Source: an uncultured Planctomycetia bacterium (lineage in GTDB: Bacteria > Omnitrophota > Gorgyraeia > Tantalellales > Tantalellaceae). Taken from it: 64,000 nt of DNA. Below the pieces are notes generated by a model. The model had not been told where the DNA came from, ran no database searches, and saw nothing but the letters and a program-made list of their open reading frames with translations. Shown here piece after piece: positions 54,622 through 63,152 of the stretch. Every line of letters starts with the position of its first letter. Positions within the stretch are counted from its first letter, which is position 1. The stretch lies in assembly GCA_964527555.1 (NCBI GenBank), contig CAZGOG010000003.1:4320-68319 (forward strand), in the 5' to 3' direction. A program made the position numbers and the translations under genes.

Positions 54622-56256
54622 ATGTTCATCGAACCGGTCTTCGGAAAAAAGTTTTTTGGCCGCGAAGAAGTATTGGCCACTCTCAAGAAAAGAGTTACAG
54701 CCTTAAAAGGGGGATACAGGCAGAACCTGGCTCTTACGGGACCCATGCTCGCGGGTAAATCCTCGATTCTGCGGCATTTCTTGAAGGGGATAAGCGATTC
54801 CGAGATCATACCCCTCTATATAGAGATGACGGGGGAAGATTTCAAGGTATTCTGCACGCGGTTCATGGCTACTCTTCTCTACAGGTACTTGAAAAGCGAA
54901 TCACGGAAATGCGAAGGCGACTTTGAAGACCTCAAAAAAGCATGCCGCCCGCTCATCCCCGAGACCGTAAGGGCTATGGACGATATCTCTAAGGCCCTGC
55001 GCCAGAAAAAGGGGGAGGCGGCTTACGAAAAGATTCTCGCGCTTACCTCTGTCTTCAAGAAAGAGACGGGCAAAAGCTGCATAGTAATCCTGGATGAGTT
55101 CCAGAACCTGTCGGATTTCCACCTTAAAAGGCCTTTCCAGACTTTCGGCAAGTTTATAATGGTTCAGAAGAATACGATGTATATCGTATCCAGTTCCCAA
55201 AAGTCGCTTCTTAAAGATATACTTTCCAAGAAATTGTCGCTTTTATTCGGCAACTTTGAGATCCTGGAAGTGGGGGGATTTGATAACCAGACTGCGCGTT
55301 CCTTCGTCTCTGGCAGGATAAAAGAAGGCCAGTTCTCCGAGAATATAATAAATTATCTTATACAGGTTTCACAAGGCAGCCCCTTTTATCTTGAAGCGCT
55401 GGCGGATAGGTTTTCAGAACTGGTCGCCTCCAAGGATAATAAACGCGGCGATAAAGAATGCCTTCTGGACGCTTTCGCGGAGCTCGTGTATGAATCCGAA
55501 GGCGTTCTTAACCAGTATTTCACCAATAACGTGAATTTCTTCCTGGAGAAGAAGAACAGGAAGCAGTTCATCCCTGTCCTGCTTTCTCTGGCTAAGGGGA
55601 TGAGTACCGTTAAAGCTCTGCAGCGGGATTTGGGCCGGGCAGATAAAGACCTGGGCAAGAAACTCCAGAGGCTGCAGGAGATGGATCTTGTTTATAACAG
55701 CGGCGTCTTTTACAAGATATCGGAAAAGCTTTTTGAATACTGGCTCAAGTACGTATACAGCCTGAAGACTAAATCGATGATAGACGAGATGGATATAAAG
55801 TACCTGGAATTCAAGCGTCTAATAGAAGAAGATTACGAGAATTATTGTCAGTTCGCTTCAAAAAAAGCGGTGGATGTAATAATGGATCTATTCGGAAGTT
55901 TCAGGGGGGAAAAGATCCGTGTAAGCATGAACTGCAGGAAGATGCCCAAGTTCGACTCTCTTAAGGCCGAGGGGATTTCTAAAAACGTTTTCGAGATCAC
56001 GGGGAGCATCGCTAACAAGAGATGGATATGCCGCATAAAGCAGGGCGATATAACCGATGAGCATGATATTTATAACTTATGGGATCAGAAAGCAGCAAAC
56101 GAAAAACTGAAAACCGCAAGGAAGATATTTATCCCCCTTAAGGGGATTGAGCAGAACGCGTTTCTTCTGGCAAAAGAACAGAACATATGGGTCTGGGATA
56201 CAGAAGAGCTTAACAGGATCCTTCGCCTGTTCGGAAAATTCGAGCTTGTAACATGA
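54622..56256 (+). CDS. ATPase of the archaeal-ATPase (ATPase_2/AAA_14) family with C-terminal DUF234-like domain
   Basis: N-terminal FFGREEVLATL...LTGPMLAGKSSIL (Walker A), VILDEFQ (Walker B). The C-terminal ~110 aa (WICRIKQGDITDEHDIYNLWDQK...IWVWDTEEL) matches the DUF234-type nuclease-like tail. Confidence 0.7.
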   Translation: MFIEPVFGKKFFGREEVLATLKKRVTALKGGYRQNLALTGPMLAGKSSILRHFLKGISDSEIIPLYIEMTGEDFKVFCTRFMATLLYRYLKSESRKCEGDFEDLKKACRPLIPETVRAMDDISKALRQKKGEAAYEKILALTSVFKKETGKSCIVILDEFQNLSDFHLKRPFQTFGKFIMVQKNTMYIVSSSQKSLLKDILSKKLSLLFGNFEILEVGGFDNQTARSFVSGRIKEGQFSENIINYLIQVSQGSPFYLEALADRFSELVASKDNKRGDKECLLDAFAELVYESEGVLNQYFTNNVNFFLEKKNRKQFIPVLLSLAKGMSTVKALQRDLGRADKDLGKKLQRLQEMDLVYNSGVFYKISEKLFEYWLKYVYSLKTKSMIDEMDIKYLEFKRLIEEDYENYCQFASKKAVDVIMDLFGSFRGEKIRVSMNCRKMPKFDSLKAEGISKNVFEITGSIANKRWICRIKQGDITDEHDIYNLWDQKAANEKLKTARKIFIPLKGIEQNAFLLAKEQNIWVWDTEELNRILRLFGKFELVT

Positions 56257-56744
56257 AAATAGGTGTTATTGCCGATACACATATTCCTATTTCCGCGAAA
56301 AAACTTCCCCAAAAAGTCTATGACTATTTCAAAGATTGCGACCTGATAATACATGCGGGCGACGCTGTAGAGATGTCGGCTATCAGAGAGCTTGAGAAGC
56401 TCGCCGAGACAAAGGCTGTCTGGGGGAATATGGATAGCGACGAGGTAAGAAGGAACCTGCCTGAAAAGATAGTTCTGGAGGCAGCCGGCAAGAAAATAGG
56501 CGTTATCCACGGAAGCGGGCCGCCTTTCAGAGTGCTTCAGAGGGCAAGCAAGGCTTTTAAGGAAAAAGTCGATATTATCATTTTTGGCCATTCACACAAT
56601 CCAGTCAACGAGAAAAGAGACGGCGTACTTTTCTTTAATCCCGGCAGCGCCACTGATAGAGTGTTTTGCAAATATTGCTCCTTCGGCATTATTGAGATCA
56701 AGGGCGAAGATATACGCGCGGAGATCATCAAGGTCGACGACTAA
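56253..56744 (+). CDS. YfcE/MJ0936-family metallophosphoesterase
   Basis: The MKIGVIADTHIP, IHAGD, GNMD, IIFGHSH, NPGSA metal-ligand motifs. ATGA overlap with the ATPase gene. Confidence 0.85.
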   Translation: MKIGVIADTHIPISAKKLPQKVYDYFKDCDLIIHAGDAVEMSAIRELEKLAETKAVWGNMDSDEVRRNLPEKIVLEAAGKKIGVIHGSGPPFRVLQRASKAFKEKVDIIIFGHSHNPVNEKRDGVLFFNPGSATDRVFCKYCSFGIIEIKGEDIRAEIIKVDD

Positions 56745-56771
56745 CGCGCTAAAGCCCATTAAGGGGAGAAA

Positions 56772-57749
56772 ATGGTCTGGTTGGAATTTTTAATCTGTTC
56801 GGCGCTCTTGACGTATTTCGCATACCATCTTTGCAAGGAAGGCGTTATTCTTTCCGAGAAGACCCGCATGGAAGCGGGGTTAATAGGGATGTTTTTCCTT
56901 GCCGTCGCGACGTCTTTCCCGGAGGTAGTGACGGGTGCTACAGCGGTCTTTTATCTGGGAAGGATAGGTCTTGGGTACGGTGATATCGTCGGTTCCGTAA
57001 TAGTGAACCTGATGGTTCTTTTTTTTCTGGATTATTACCAGGGCAAGGGAAGGATCCTCTTAAGGGTCACTTCAATAAACCGTATAACCGGTGTCTTTGT
57101 GGTCATTGTCGTCTCGGCGGTGCTCTTCTTTTCGATACTGCGTCTCTCCGGAATTGTACTTCCCGCATTTAAAGGTATAGGGATTGAAAGTCCATTTATT
57201 GTTCTTATCTATTTTGCGTCGCTGGAGATCGTGCGCAGGAGGGGGACGCTGAGCCATGGCGGGGTTTACGATGCCCAGCGGGAACCCTTTTGGGGGATCT
57301 GGGCTAAATTTATATTCTTTCTAGTTATTGTAATGTTCCTGGGCGTATGGATGGCTAAAGTCGGCGAGAAGCTCGTCATCACCACGGAGATGTCACAGAC
57401 ATTTATCGGTACGCTTTTTCTGGGGCTGGCTACGAGCCTGCCCGAGATAATCGTTTCGTTCGCTGCGCTCAAGGCGGGATCCGTGGATATGGCGGTAGGC
57501 AACATCCTGGGCAGCAACCTCTTTGACGTCGCCGTAATACCTTTCTTCGACGGTCTGTCGAGAAGGCCGATTTTGGGGATGCTTACTTCCGCGGAGGTGA
57601 CGGCAACCATAATCGCGCTTTTACTTTCCGCTGTCGCCGTTATGGGGCTATTCTATAAGAGGGATACCAACAAGCGGATAAGCTGGGATACCAGCCTGAT
57701 TTTTGTTGTAGGTTTTATCGGCTTTGTGTTATTATATTTTATAAAATGA
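56772..57749 (+). CDS. CaCA-family cation/calcium antiporter (YrbG-like)
   Basis: Two alpha-repeats (GMFFLAVATSFPEVVTG, GLATSLPEIIVSFAA) and ~10 TM helices. Confidence 0.85.
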   Translation: MVWLEFLICSALLTYFAYHLCKEGVILSEKTRMEAGLIGMFFLAVATSFPEVVTGATAVFYLGRIGLGYGDIVGSVIVNLMVLFFLDYYQGKGRILLRVTSINRITGVFVVIVVSAVLFFSILRLSGIVLPAFKGIGIESPFIVLIYFASLEIVRRRGTLSHGGVYDAQREPFWGIWAKFIFFLVIVMFLGVWMAKVGEKLVITTEMSQTFIGTLFLGLATSLPEIIVSFAALKAGSVDMAVGNILGSNLFDVAVIPFFDGLSRRPILGMLTSAEVTATIIALLLSAVAVMGLFYKRDTNKRISWDTSLIFVVGFIGFVLLYFIK

Positions 57750-57783
57750 CTTTTATTAACCATCGGATTTAACACAGAGCCGG

Positions 57784-58935
57784 ATGCTTACGAGAAAAGA
57801 GATTGAGAAACGTGAATACGACTGGTTAGCGCCTTATGCCATGAAGAGCGCCGAAACCGGCGGACGCGTACATAAGGAAGAAGAACACCCCTACCGCACT
57901 GTTTATCAGAGGGATAAAGACAGGATAATCTATTCCACTGCTTTTCGCAGACTTGAATATAAAACCCAGGTATTTGTCAACCACGAGGGCGATTATTACA
58001 GGACAAGGCTTACTCACACGATAGAGATGACCCAGATCGCCAGGACCATAGCCAGGGCCCTTCGCCTTAACGAGGAACTTGTTGAAGCGATAGCGCTGGC
58101 GCATGACCTGGGACATACACCATTTGGTCATTCCGGTGAAGATACTTTGGCCGATCTTATGAAGGACCACGGCGGGTTTGACCATAACACTCACGGTCTG
58201 CGTGTAGTGGATATACTGGAGAAACGTTACCCGGACTTTTGCGGTTTGAATTTAACTCAGGAAGTCCGCCGGGGCATAATACGTCATTCAACGCCGTTCG
58301 ACCGGAAGAGGAAAGGATCCGTCGATATACCGGGCGCCTCTCTTCTTGAAATACAGGTTGTTGATATTGCCGACGAAATAGCGTATGATAATCATGATCT
58401 GGATGACGGTCTTAAAAGCGGGCTTCTAAGCGAAGAGGATCTTGTCGGCATCCCTATATGGGACGAGACCGTAAAGGCCGTAGATGAGCGGTTCAGGGGT
58501 ATTGATGAGGAGACCAAAAGGTCCCAGATAGTACGCCAGCTTATCAATCTTCAGGTTTCTGACGTGCTTGAAAACACGACAGAGAGGATTAAGGCTTCCG
58601 GGGCAGGAAGCGTCTCCGGCCTGGAAGGGCTGAAGGAGAAGATTGTCGATTTTAGCAGGGGGATGCACGAGAAACGCGCCCCATTTAAAGAGGCGCTTTT
58701 AAAGAGACTTTATAACAATTATCGCGTAGTGCGCATGTCGAATAAAGCGAGCCGTTTTTTAAGAATTCTCTTTCAGATTTATTCCGACAATCCCGCTCAG
58801 CTTCCTCCTCAGGCTTTGGAGCACATGGAAGAAAGAGGCAAATACCAGGTCATCTGTGATTATATGGCGGGGATGACGGACCGTTACGCGCTGGATCAAT
58901 ACAAGAAACTGTTTGAACCTTACGAAAGGGTGTAG
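57784..58935 (+). CDS. dGTP triphosphohydrolase-like HD-domain protein
   Basis: FRRLEYKTQVF..., RLTHTIEMTQIAR, HDLGHTPFGH (HD motif) are typical of the dGTPase family. Confidence 0.88.
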   Translation: MLTRKEIEKREYDWLAPYAMKSAETGGRVHKEEEHPYRTVYQRDKDRIIYSTAFRRLEYKTQVFVNHEGDYYRTRLTHTIEMTQIARTIARALRLNEELVEAIALAHDLGHTPFGHSGEDTLADLMKDHGGFDHNTHGLRVVDILEKRYPDFCGLNLTQEVRRGIIRHSTPFDRKRKGSVDIPGASLLEIQVVDIADEIAYDNHDLDDGLKSGLLSEEDLVGIPIWDETVKAVDERFRGIDEETKRSQIVRQLINLQVSDVLENTTERIKASGAGSVSGLEGLKEKIVDFSRGMHEKRAPFKEALLKRLYNNYRVVRMSNKASRFLRILFQIYSDNPAQLPPQALEHMEERGKYQVICDYMAGMTDRYALDQYKKLFEPYERV

Positions 58936-58937
58936 CC

Positions 58938-60452
58938 GTGATAGAAGAAGGGATGGGGACGCTTGACAGGCTTTTTTCGAAGTTCAAGGAGAACCTGGAC
59001 CTGCGCCAGGAGATACTTGCTTACAGAAAATACCTGAAAAACCCGATGTGGGCCATCTTGCCGCGTATCCCGGAAGGGTACGGCGAGCTTAAGAAGATGG
59101 AAGTCGCTGGAGTCGTAAAACGGGAAAGTGTCACACAGAAGCAGATCCGCAAGGACCTGACCAAGATCTTGGGGGCCATGAAAAAATCCCGTAAACATAA
59201 AACTCCCGAACAGTTCCAGTATGCACAAAGCAGGTTCGGCCTTTGCTATCCGCTTATATCTGATAATGAGATTTTCGGATATATACTGCTTTGCGACATG
59301 AAAAAACCTGTCTCCGGCGATTTCTTGAAGGTGTTTGGCGCGTTCACCAACACGGTCATACGGGAGACTTTGAGAGAGCTCGAGCTTGAGGATATAAACA
59401 AAACCATAAGACCAAGAGCTATAGCGCTTTCGACGGTCCATACGGTGCACAGGCTTATGACTTCCACGCTGGACCTTAACGAGCTTATTCCCAGGATAGC
59501 CCGTCTTACGCTCCAGGTGATAAGGGCAAACCGCTGTTCCATAAAACTGGTCGACAAGAAGAATAAAATGCTTCTGCCCAAGGCGACGATTGACCTGCGG
59601 AAAGCAAAGACAAAGCTGAAGAAAGTGCAGATCGGCAAATATGCGCCCGGTAAGGCCGTCAAGAGGGGCTGTCCCATACGCGGGGAAAATTATCTGGCCA
59701 CGCCGTTAATAGACGAGGAAGTCGTCGGTGTTATCACTATCTATGACAAGCTTGACGGCAAAGAGTTCACGCAGTTCGACGAAGAGATAATGAAGACACT
59801 TTCCGAACAGGCAGCTATCGCCATCAAAAACGCCCAGCTTTTCAGGGAACAGGAGGACCTGACTTTAAACAGTATAAAATGTATCGCACGCCTTCTGGAA
59901 AACCGGCCCCATGGGGGGCACCGGGCGGAAGGATCGTTTTTGAAACTTATAAACATTATCGGGCCCAAGTTCAACATGAATGAGACGGAGATAAAGATGC
60001 TTCAGTATGCGGCTATGCTGCATGACGCGGGCCAGATCACTATACCCGAGAAGGTTCTCATGAAAAGGGGAGAACTTACGGGGCGGGAATACGATATTAT
60101 CAAGATGCATCCTTTAAAGGGAGCTGCGATACTCAAGGAGTTCCCGCCGCTTAAACCGATAGTGCCGATAATACTGTATCATCATGAGAACTATGACGGC
60201 AGCGGATACCCCAAGGGTCTTGAAGGGGAGGAGATACCGCTTGCGGCGCGTATCTTGGCGGTCATAGGGGTCTTTGAGGCCCTGATCACCAAAAAGCCTT
60301 ACCGTAAAGCTCTCTCTATCAAGTCCGCCATAAAAGAGATCAAGAAAAACGCCGGGACGCAGTTTGATCCGCGTATTGTGGGGGTTTTCTGCGAGGCGGT
60401 AGAAAGAAAAGATGTACATAAGCTTCTTAAGAAGGAATTAGAGGAAGCATGA
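58938..60452 (+). CDS. GAF-domain-containing HD-GYP phosphodiesterase
   Basis: The C-terminal LHDAGQ and HHENYDGSGYP motifs. The N-terminal ~300 aa are GAF-like. Confidence 0.85.
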   Translation: MIEEGMGTLDRLFSKFKENLDLRQEILAYRKYLKNPMWAILPRIPEGYGELKKMEVAGVVKRESVTQKQIRKDLTKILGAMKKSRKHKTPEQFQYAQSRFGLCYPLISDNEIFGYILLCDMKKPVSGDFLKVFGAFTNTVIRETLRELELEDINKTIRPRAIALSTVHTVHRLMTSTLDLNELIPRIARLTLQVIRANRCSIKLVDKKNKMLLPKATIDLRKAKTKLKKVQIGKYAPGKAVKRGCPIRGENYLATPLIDEEVVGVITIYDKLDGKEFTQFDEEIMKTLSEQAAIAIKNAQLFREQEDLTLNSIKCIARLLENRPHGGHRAEGSFLKLINIIGPKFNMNETEIKMLQYAAMLHDAGQITIPEKVLMKRGELTGREYDIIKMHPLKGAAILKEFPPLKPIVPIILYHHENYDGSGYPKGLEGEEIPLAARILAVIGVFEALITKKPYRKALSIKSAIKEIKKNAGTQFDPRIVGVFCEAVERKDVHKLLKKELEEA

Positions 60453-60721
60453 AGGATAAACTTAAAAAAGTCCTGAAGGATAAACTTAGTCGGGATATTC
60501 TTGAATTTTTCTATCAGAACCAGACAAGCATAGACAGTGTCGGAGGCATCTCTGCCTGGGTGCATGAGGACCGGGAAAAGGTGCAAGAGGCGCTGGATAA
60601 GCTGGTTAAACTGGGAGTCCTTGAAAAAGACACCAGCGGCGTCACAAAAGGGTACAGTTACACTCATGATGAGAAGACCATGAGAATCGTGAAAGACCTG
60701 ATGCATGATGCAAAGAGATAG
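60449..60721 (+). CDS. hypothetical 90-aa protein (possible winged-helix)
   Basis: ATGA-coupled to the HD-GYP gene. Mixed helical/charged composition. Confidence 0.4.
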   Translation: MKDKLKKVLKDKLSRDILEFFYQNQTSIDSVGGISAWVHEDREKVQEALDKLVKLGVLEKDTSGVTKGYSYTHDEKTMRIVKDLMHDAKR

Positions 60722-61409
60722 AAGTCCGAATCGTTCATGGCTCCGCTACGCTCTAATCGCGTTTTTAACAATCCTCGTTGTTCTTTCAGCTATATTTATT
60801 TTTTTTGACAGAGTGGCTGCGTTCTATGTGAATCGTTTCACCGACTACCGGTTTGCGTATGACAAGTGGGGAGCCGGTCCTTTTGACAGAAGCGATATCG
60901 AAAACGCCCGTATTGCGCTTAAGGGCAGTGAAGCGGGCATAAGAGCAAGAGAGATCCATTTTGACTTTGACATTTATAGATGGCTCGCGGAAAGGGAGAT
61001 CGCGCTGTCCTGTCAGATGAAAGATGTCTTCTTCGAGGTAAAGGGCGAAAATGTGCCGCGCCTTTTCCCGGCGGACAGCGTCCTGGCAAAGCCTTTCGGT
61101 CCCGATCAGAAATATGACCGTATTGAATTCAGGTTCTTCTCCGACAAGAAGGAGACACGTCTTTCGAATTTTCGCGCGCGTTCAGATGATATAAAGGTAA
61201 CGGGAGATTATACTTTTTTAAAGGAGAAGGACGAGGTTTCCGTCGACTTCAAAATATCGTTTTCCCCGGAGTTTTCCTCAAGTTTCGACGAGAATATAAG
61301 AGAAAATGTCTTATCGGTCGATGAAGACGGCTGGTACAGTACCATAATCAACTATAAAGGGAACGCGCTTCTGTTAAAAGCGCTCTATTCCTTTACCATA
61401 GCTCCCTAA
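60705..61409 (+). CDS. hypothetical membrane-anchored protein
   Basis: N-terminal TM helix (YALIAFLTILVVLSAIFIFF). No recognisable motif. Confidence 0.45.
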   Translation: MMQRDRSPNRSWLRYALIAFLTILVVLSAIFIFFDRVAAFYVNRFTDYRFAYDKWGAGPFDRSDIENARIALKGSEAGIRAREIHFDFDIYRWLAEREIALSCQMKDVFFEVKGENVPRLFPADSVLAKPFGPDQKYDRIEFRFFSDKKETRLSNFRARSDDIKVTGDYTFLKEKDEVSVDFKISFSPEFSSSFDENIRENVLSVDEDGWYSTIINYKGNALLLKALYSFTIAP

Positions 61410-61497
61410 AACGGGCAAAAATCCTTGCCCTCAAGGCCGAAAGTGGGTATAATACACATCTTGCTATTTTGCTTTTATATGCTAAAATATAGCCCAA

Positions 61498-62145
61498 ATG
61501 GCCGAGAAAGACTATCAAGACGATTTTTTTGGGGAAGAACTTTACGAAAAAAAAGACAGAAAACCCCATCTTTTAAGCAGGTATTCTGAACAGAGATTTT
61601 TGCCTCATATAAGGATACCTATCGAGCATACTGTTATTATCGCTATCGGTATATTGGTACTAGTGATAGTGGCATATGCTGTCGGCGTTGAAAAAGGCAA
61701 AAGGATCACGGCCAGAGGCGCTTTAGAGCCCCAGGCGGTTTCGGAAGGGGTTTTACGGGAGGAGACGGCTGAAGAGGAAAGTACTGACTTTAGCAAGTCG
61801 GAAGAGCTTACCTCGTCAGAAAACGAAGCGCCCGGTAAGAAGATCCAGTTACCTAAAGCAGAAATAGATCCTTACGAAGGGGCAAGGGAAGAAGCGGTAG
61901 TACAGCCCGCGTACAGTTACACATCTCCGGCTTATGCCGTGCAGGTGGCCTCTTTTAAGAATGAGGGTTCCGCGCAAGATGAAGTGAATAGGCTGCGCAG
62001 GCGGGGCGCCGAAGCTGATTTCGAAGAGAACGGGCTCTGGTATCAAGTATATGTGGGGCCGTACAAGACAGTTGAGGAAGCAAGAAGAGCTAGAGAGGGT
62101 TTCCTCTCAGAATATAGCGATTGTTACATAAGAAAACTTAGATAA
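61498..62145 (+). CDS. SPOR-domain (septal peptidoglycan-binding) protein
   Basis: N-terminal TM helix. C-terminal YAVQVASFKNEGSAQDEVNRL...WYQVYVGPYKTVEEAR is the SPOR RNP-like fold. Confidence 0.75.
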   Translation: MAEKDYQDDFFGEELYEKKDRKPHLLSRYSEQRFLPHIRIPIEHTVIIAIGILVLVIVAYAVGVEKGKRITARGALEPQAVSEGVLREETAEEESTDFSKSEELTSSENEAPGKKIQLPKAEIDPYEGAREEAVVQPAYSYTSPAYAVQVASFKNEGSAQDEVNRLRRRGAEADFEENGLWYQVYVGPYKTVEEARRAREGFLSEYSDCYIRKLR

Positions 62146-62213
62146 AAATACAACTTAAGATGCGCTAATGGTTAACCTGCGGCATCTAGGTCCGGATAGA
62201 AGAGGAGGAAGAG

Positions 62214-62570
62214 ATGACACAGCATCCAAGTTTAAAAGGCAGCAAAGAGGGAAGTAAATTCCGTTCAGTCTTGAAAAGATTCGAAAAAATAAAGGAACTT
62301 TCTGAAAAGGAAAAATGGGAAGAAGAAAAAGATTCCGTTTTTCATTTGCCTAAGGTAAAGAGAATCAAGTTCAAGGTCAAGAAGGCCAAGGGGCCCGCCG
62401 AAGAGAAAGAAGGCCCTGCAGCTGAAGGCGCTGCTCTGCCGGCAGGGGCTGCCGCTGCACCCGGAGAAGGCGCTCCTGGCGGGAAAGCCGCGCCGGGCGG
62501 AAAAGCTGCTGCCGGCGGCAAAGCCGCTGGTGAGGGAGCCGGCAAACAGGCCAAACAAGAAAAGAAATAA
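62214..62570 (+). CDS. low-complexity lysine/alanine/glycine-rich protein with PGGKAA tandem repeats
   Basis: 118 aa. The C-terminal GEGAPGGKAAPGGKAAAGGKAAGEGAGK is encoded by GC-rich 18-nt near-repeats. Confidence 0.5.
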   Translation: MTQHPSLKGSKEGSKFRSVLKRFEKIKELSEKEKWEEEKDSVFHLPKVKRIKFKVKKAKGPAEEKEGPAAEGAALPAGAAAAPGEGAPGGKAAPGGKAAAGGKAAGEGAGKQAKQEKK

Positions 62571-62572
62571 AT

Positions 62573-62893
62573 ATGATACCTTTCGAGGACTTTAAAAAAC
62601 TTGATCTCAGGATAGCCGAGATCATAAGCGTCAAAGAACATCCGAACGCCGATAAATTGTATGTCCTCCGAATCGATATCGGAGGAGAGACTAAACAGAT
62701 CGTTGCCGGGATAAGAGAGCATTATGCCGCCGAGGATCTTGTTGGCAGAAAGATCGCCGTTGTCAACAATCTTGAACCGGTAACGATCAGAGGCGAGGAA
62801 TCTAACGGTATGCTTCTTGCCGCCAGCGGCGCTGATTCTGTCATTATTTTAGTCCCGGAAAGTGACGTGCCTGCAGGATCCCCTATCGGGTAG
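62573..62893 (+). CDS. tRNA-binding (Myf/EMAP-type) domain protein, CsaA-like
   Basis: LDLRIAEIISVKEHPNADKLYVLRIDIGGETKQIVAGI is the OB-fold tRNA-binding domain signature. Confidence 0.85.
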   Translation: MIPFEDFKKLDLRIAEIISVKEHPNADKLYVLRIDIGGETKQIVAGIREHYAAEDLVGRKIAVVNNLEPVTIRGEESNGMLLAASGADSVIILVPESDVPAGSPIG

Positions 62894-63152
62894 AACCGCA
62901 TTCGGGAAGAGTTCCTACCGCCAGTATTACCCTAATCGAAAAACATCCGACGGCGCATATCTATTTTAAACTGCCGGTCCAAATCCCCATAACCTTAAAA
63001 ATGCTGGAAATTTATTGTTTACGGCATATAATGATAATATATGTTTTAAAAAGAGAGACAGCTGATTCCGGCATACAGTGTTCGATTGTCTAAAGAGAAT
63101 TATTGATATATAAGATCCGCTCGTTTACAATTTCCACTCCAAGGAGGGAAAA

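Noticed and set aside
62390-62560. Possible CRISPR-like or intergenic tandem repeat (GC-rich ~18-nt units)
   Set aside because: Units are contiguous with no spacers, keep an open reading frame and translate to a GGKAA peptide repeat. This is a coding microsatellite inside ORF 62214-62570, not a CRISPR array.
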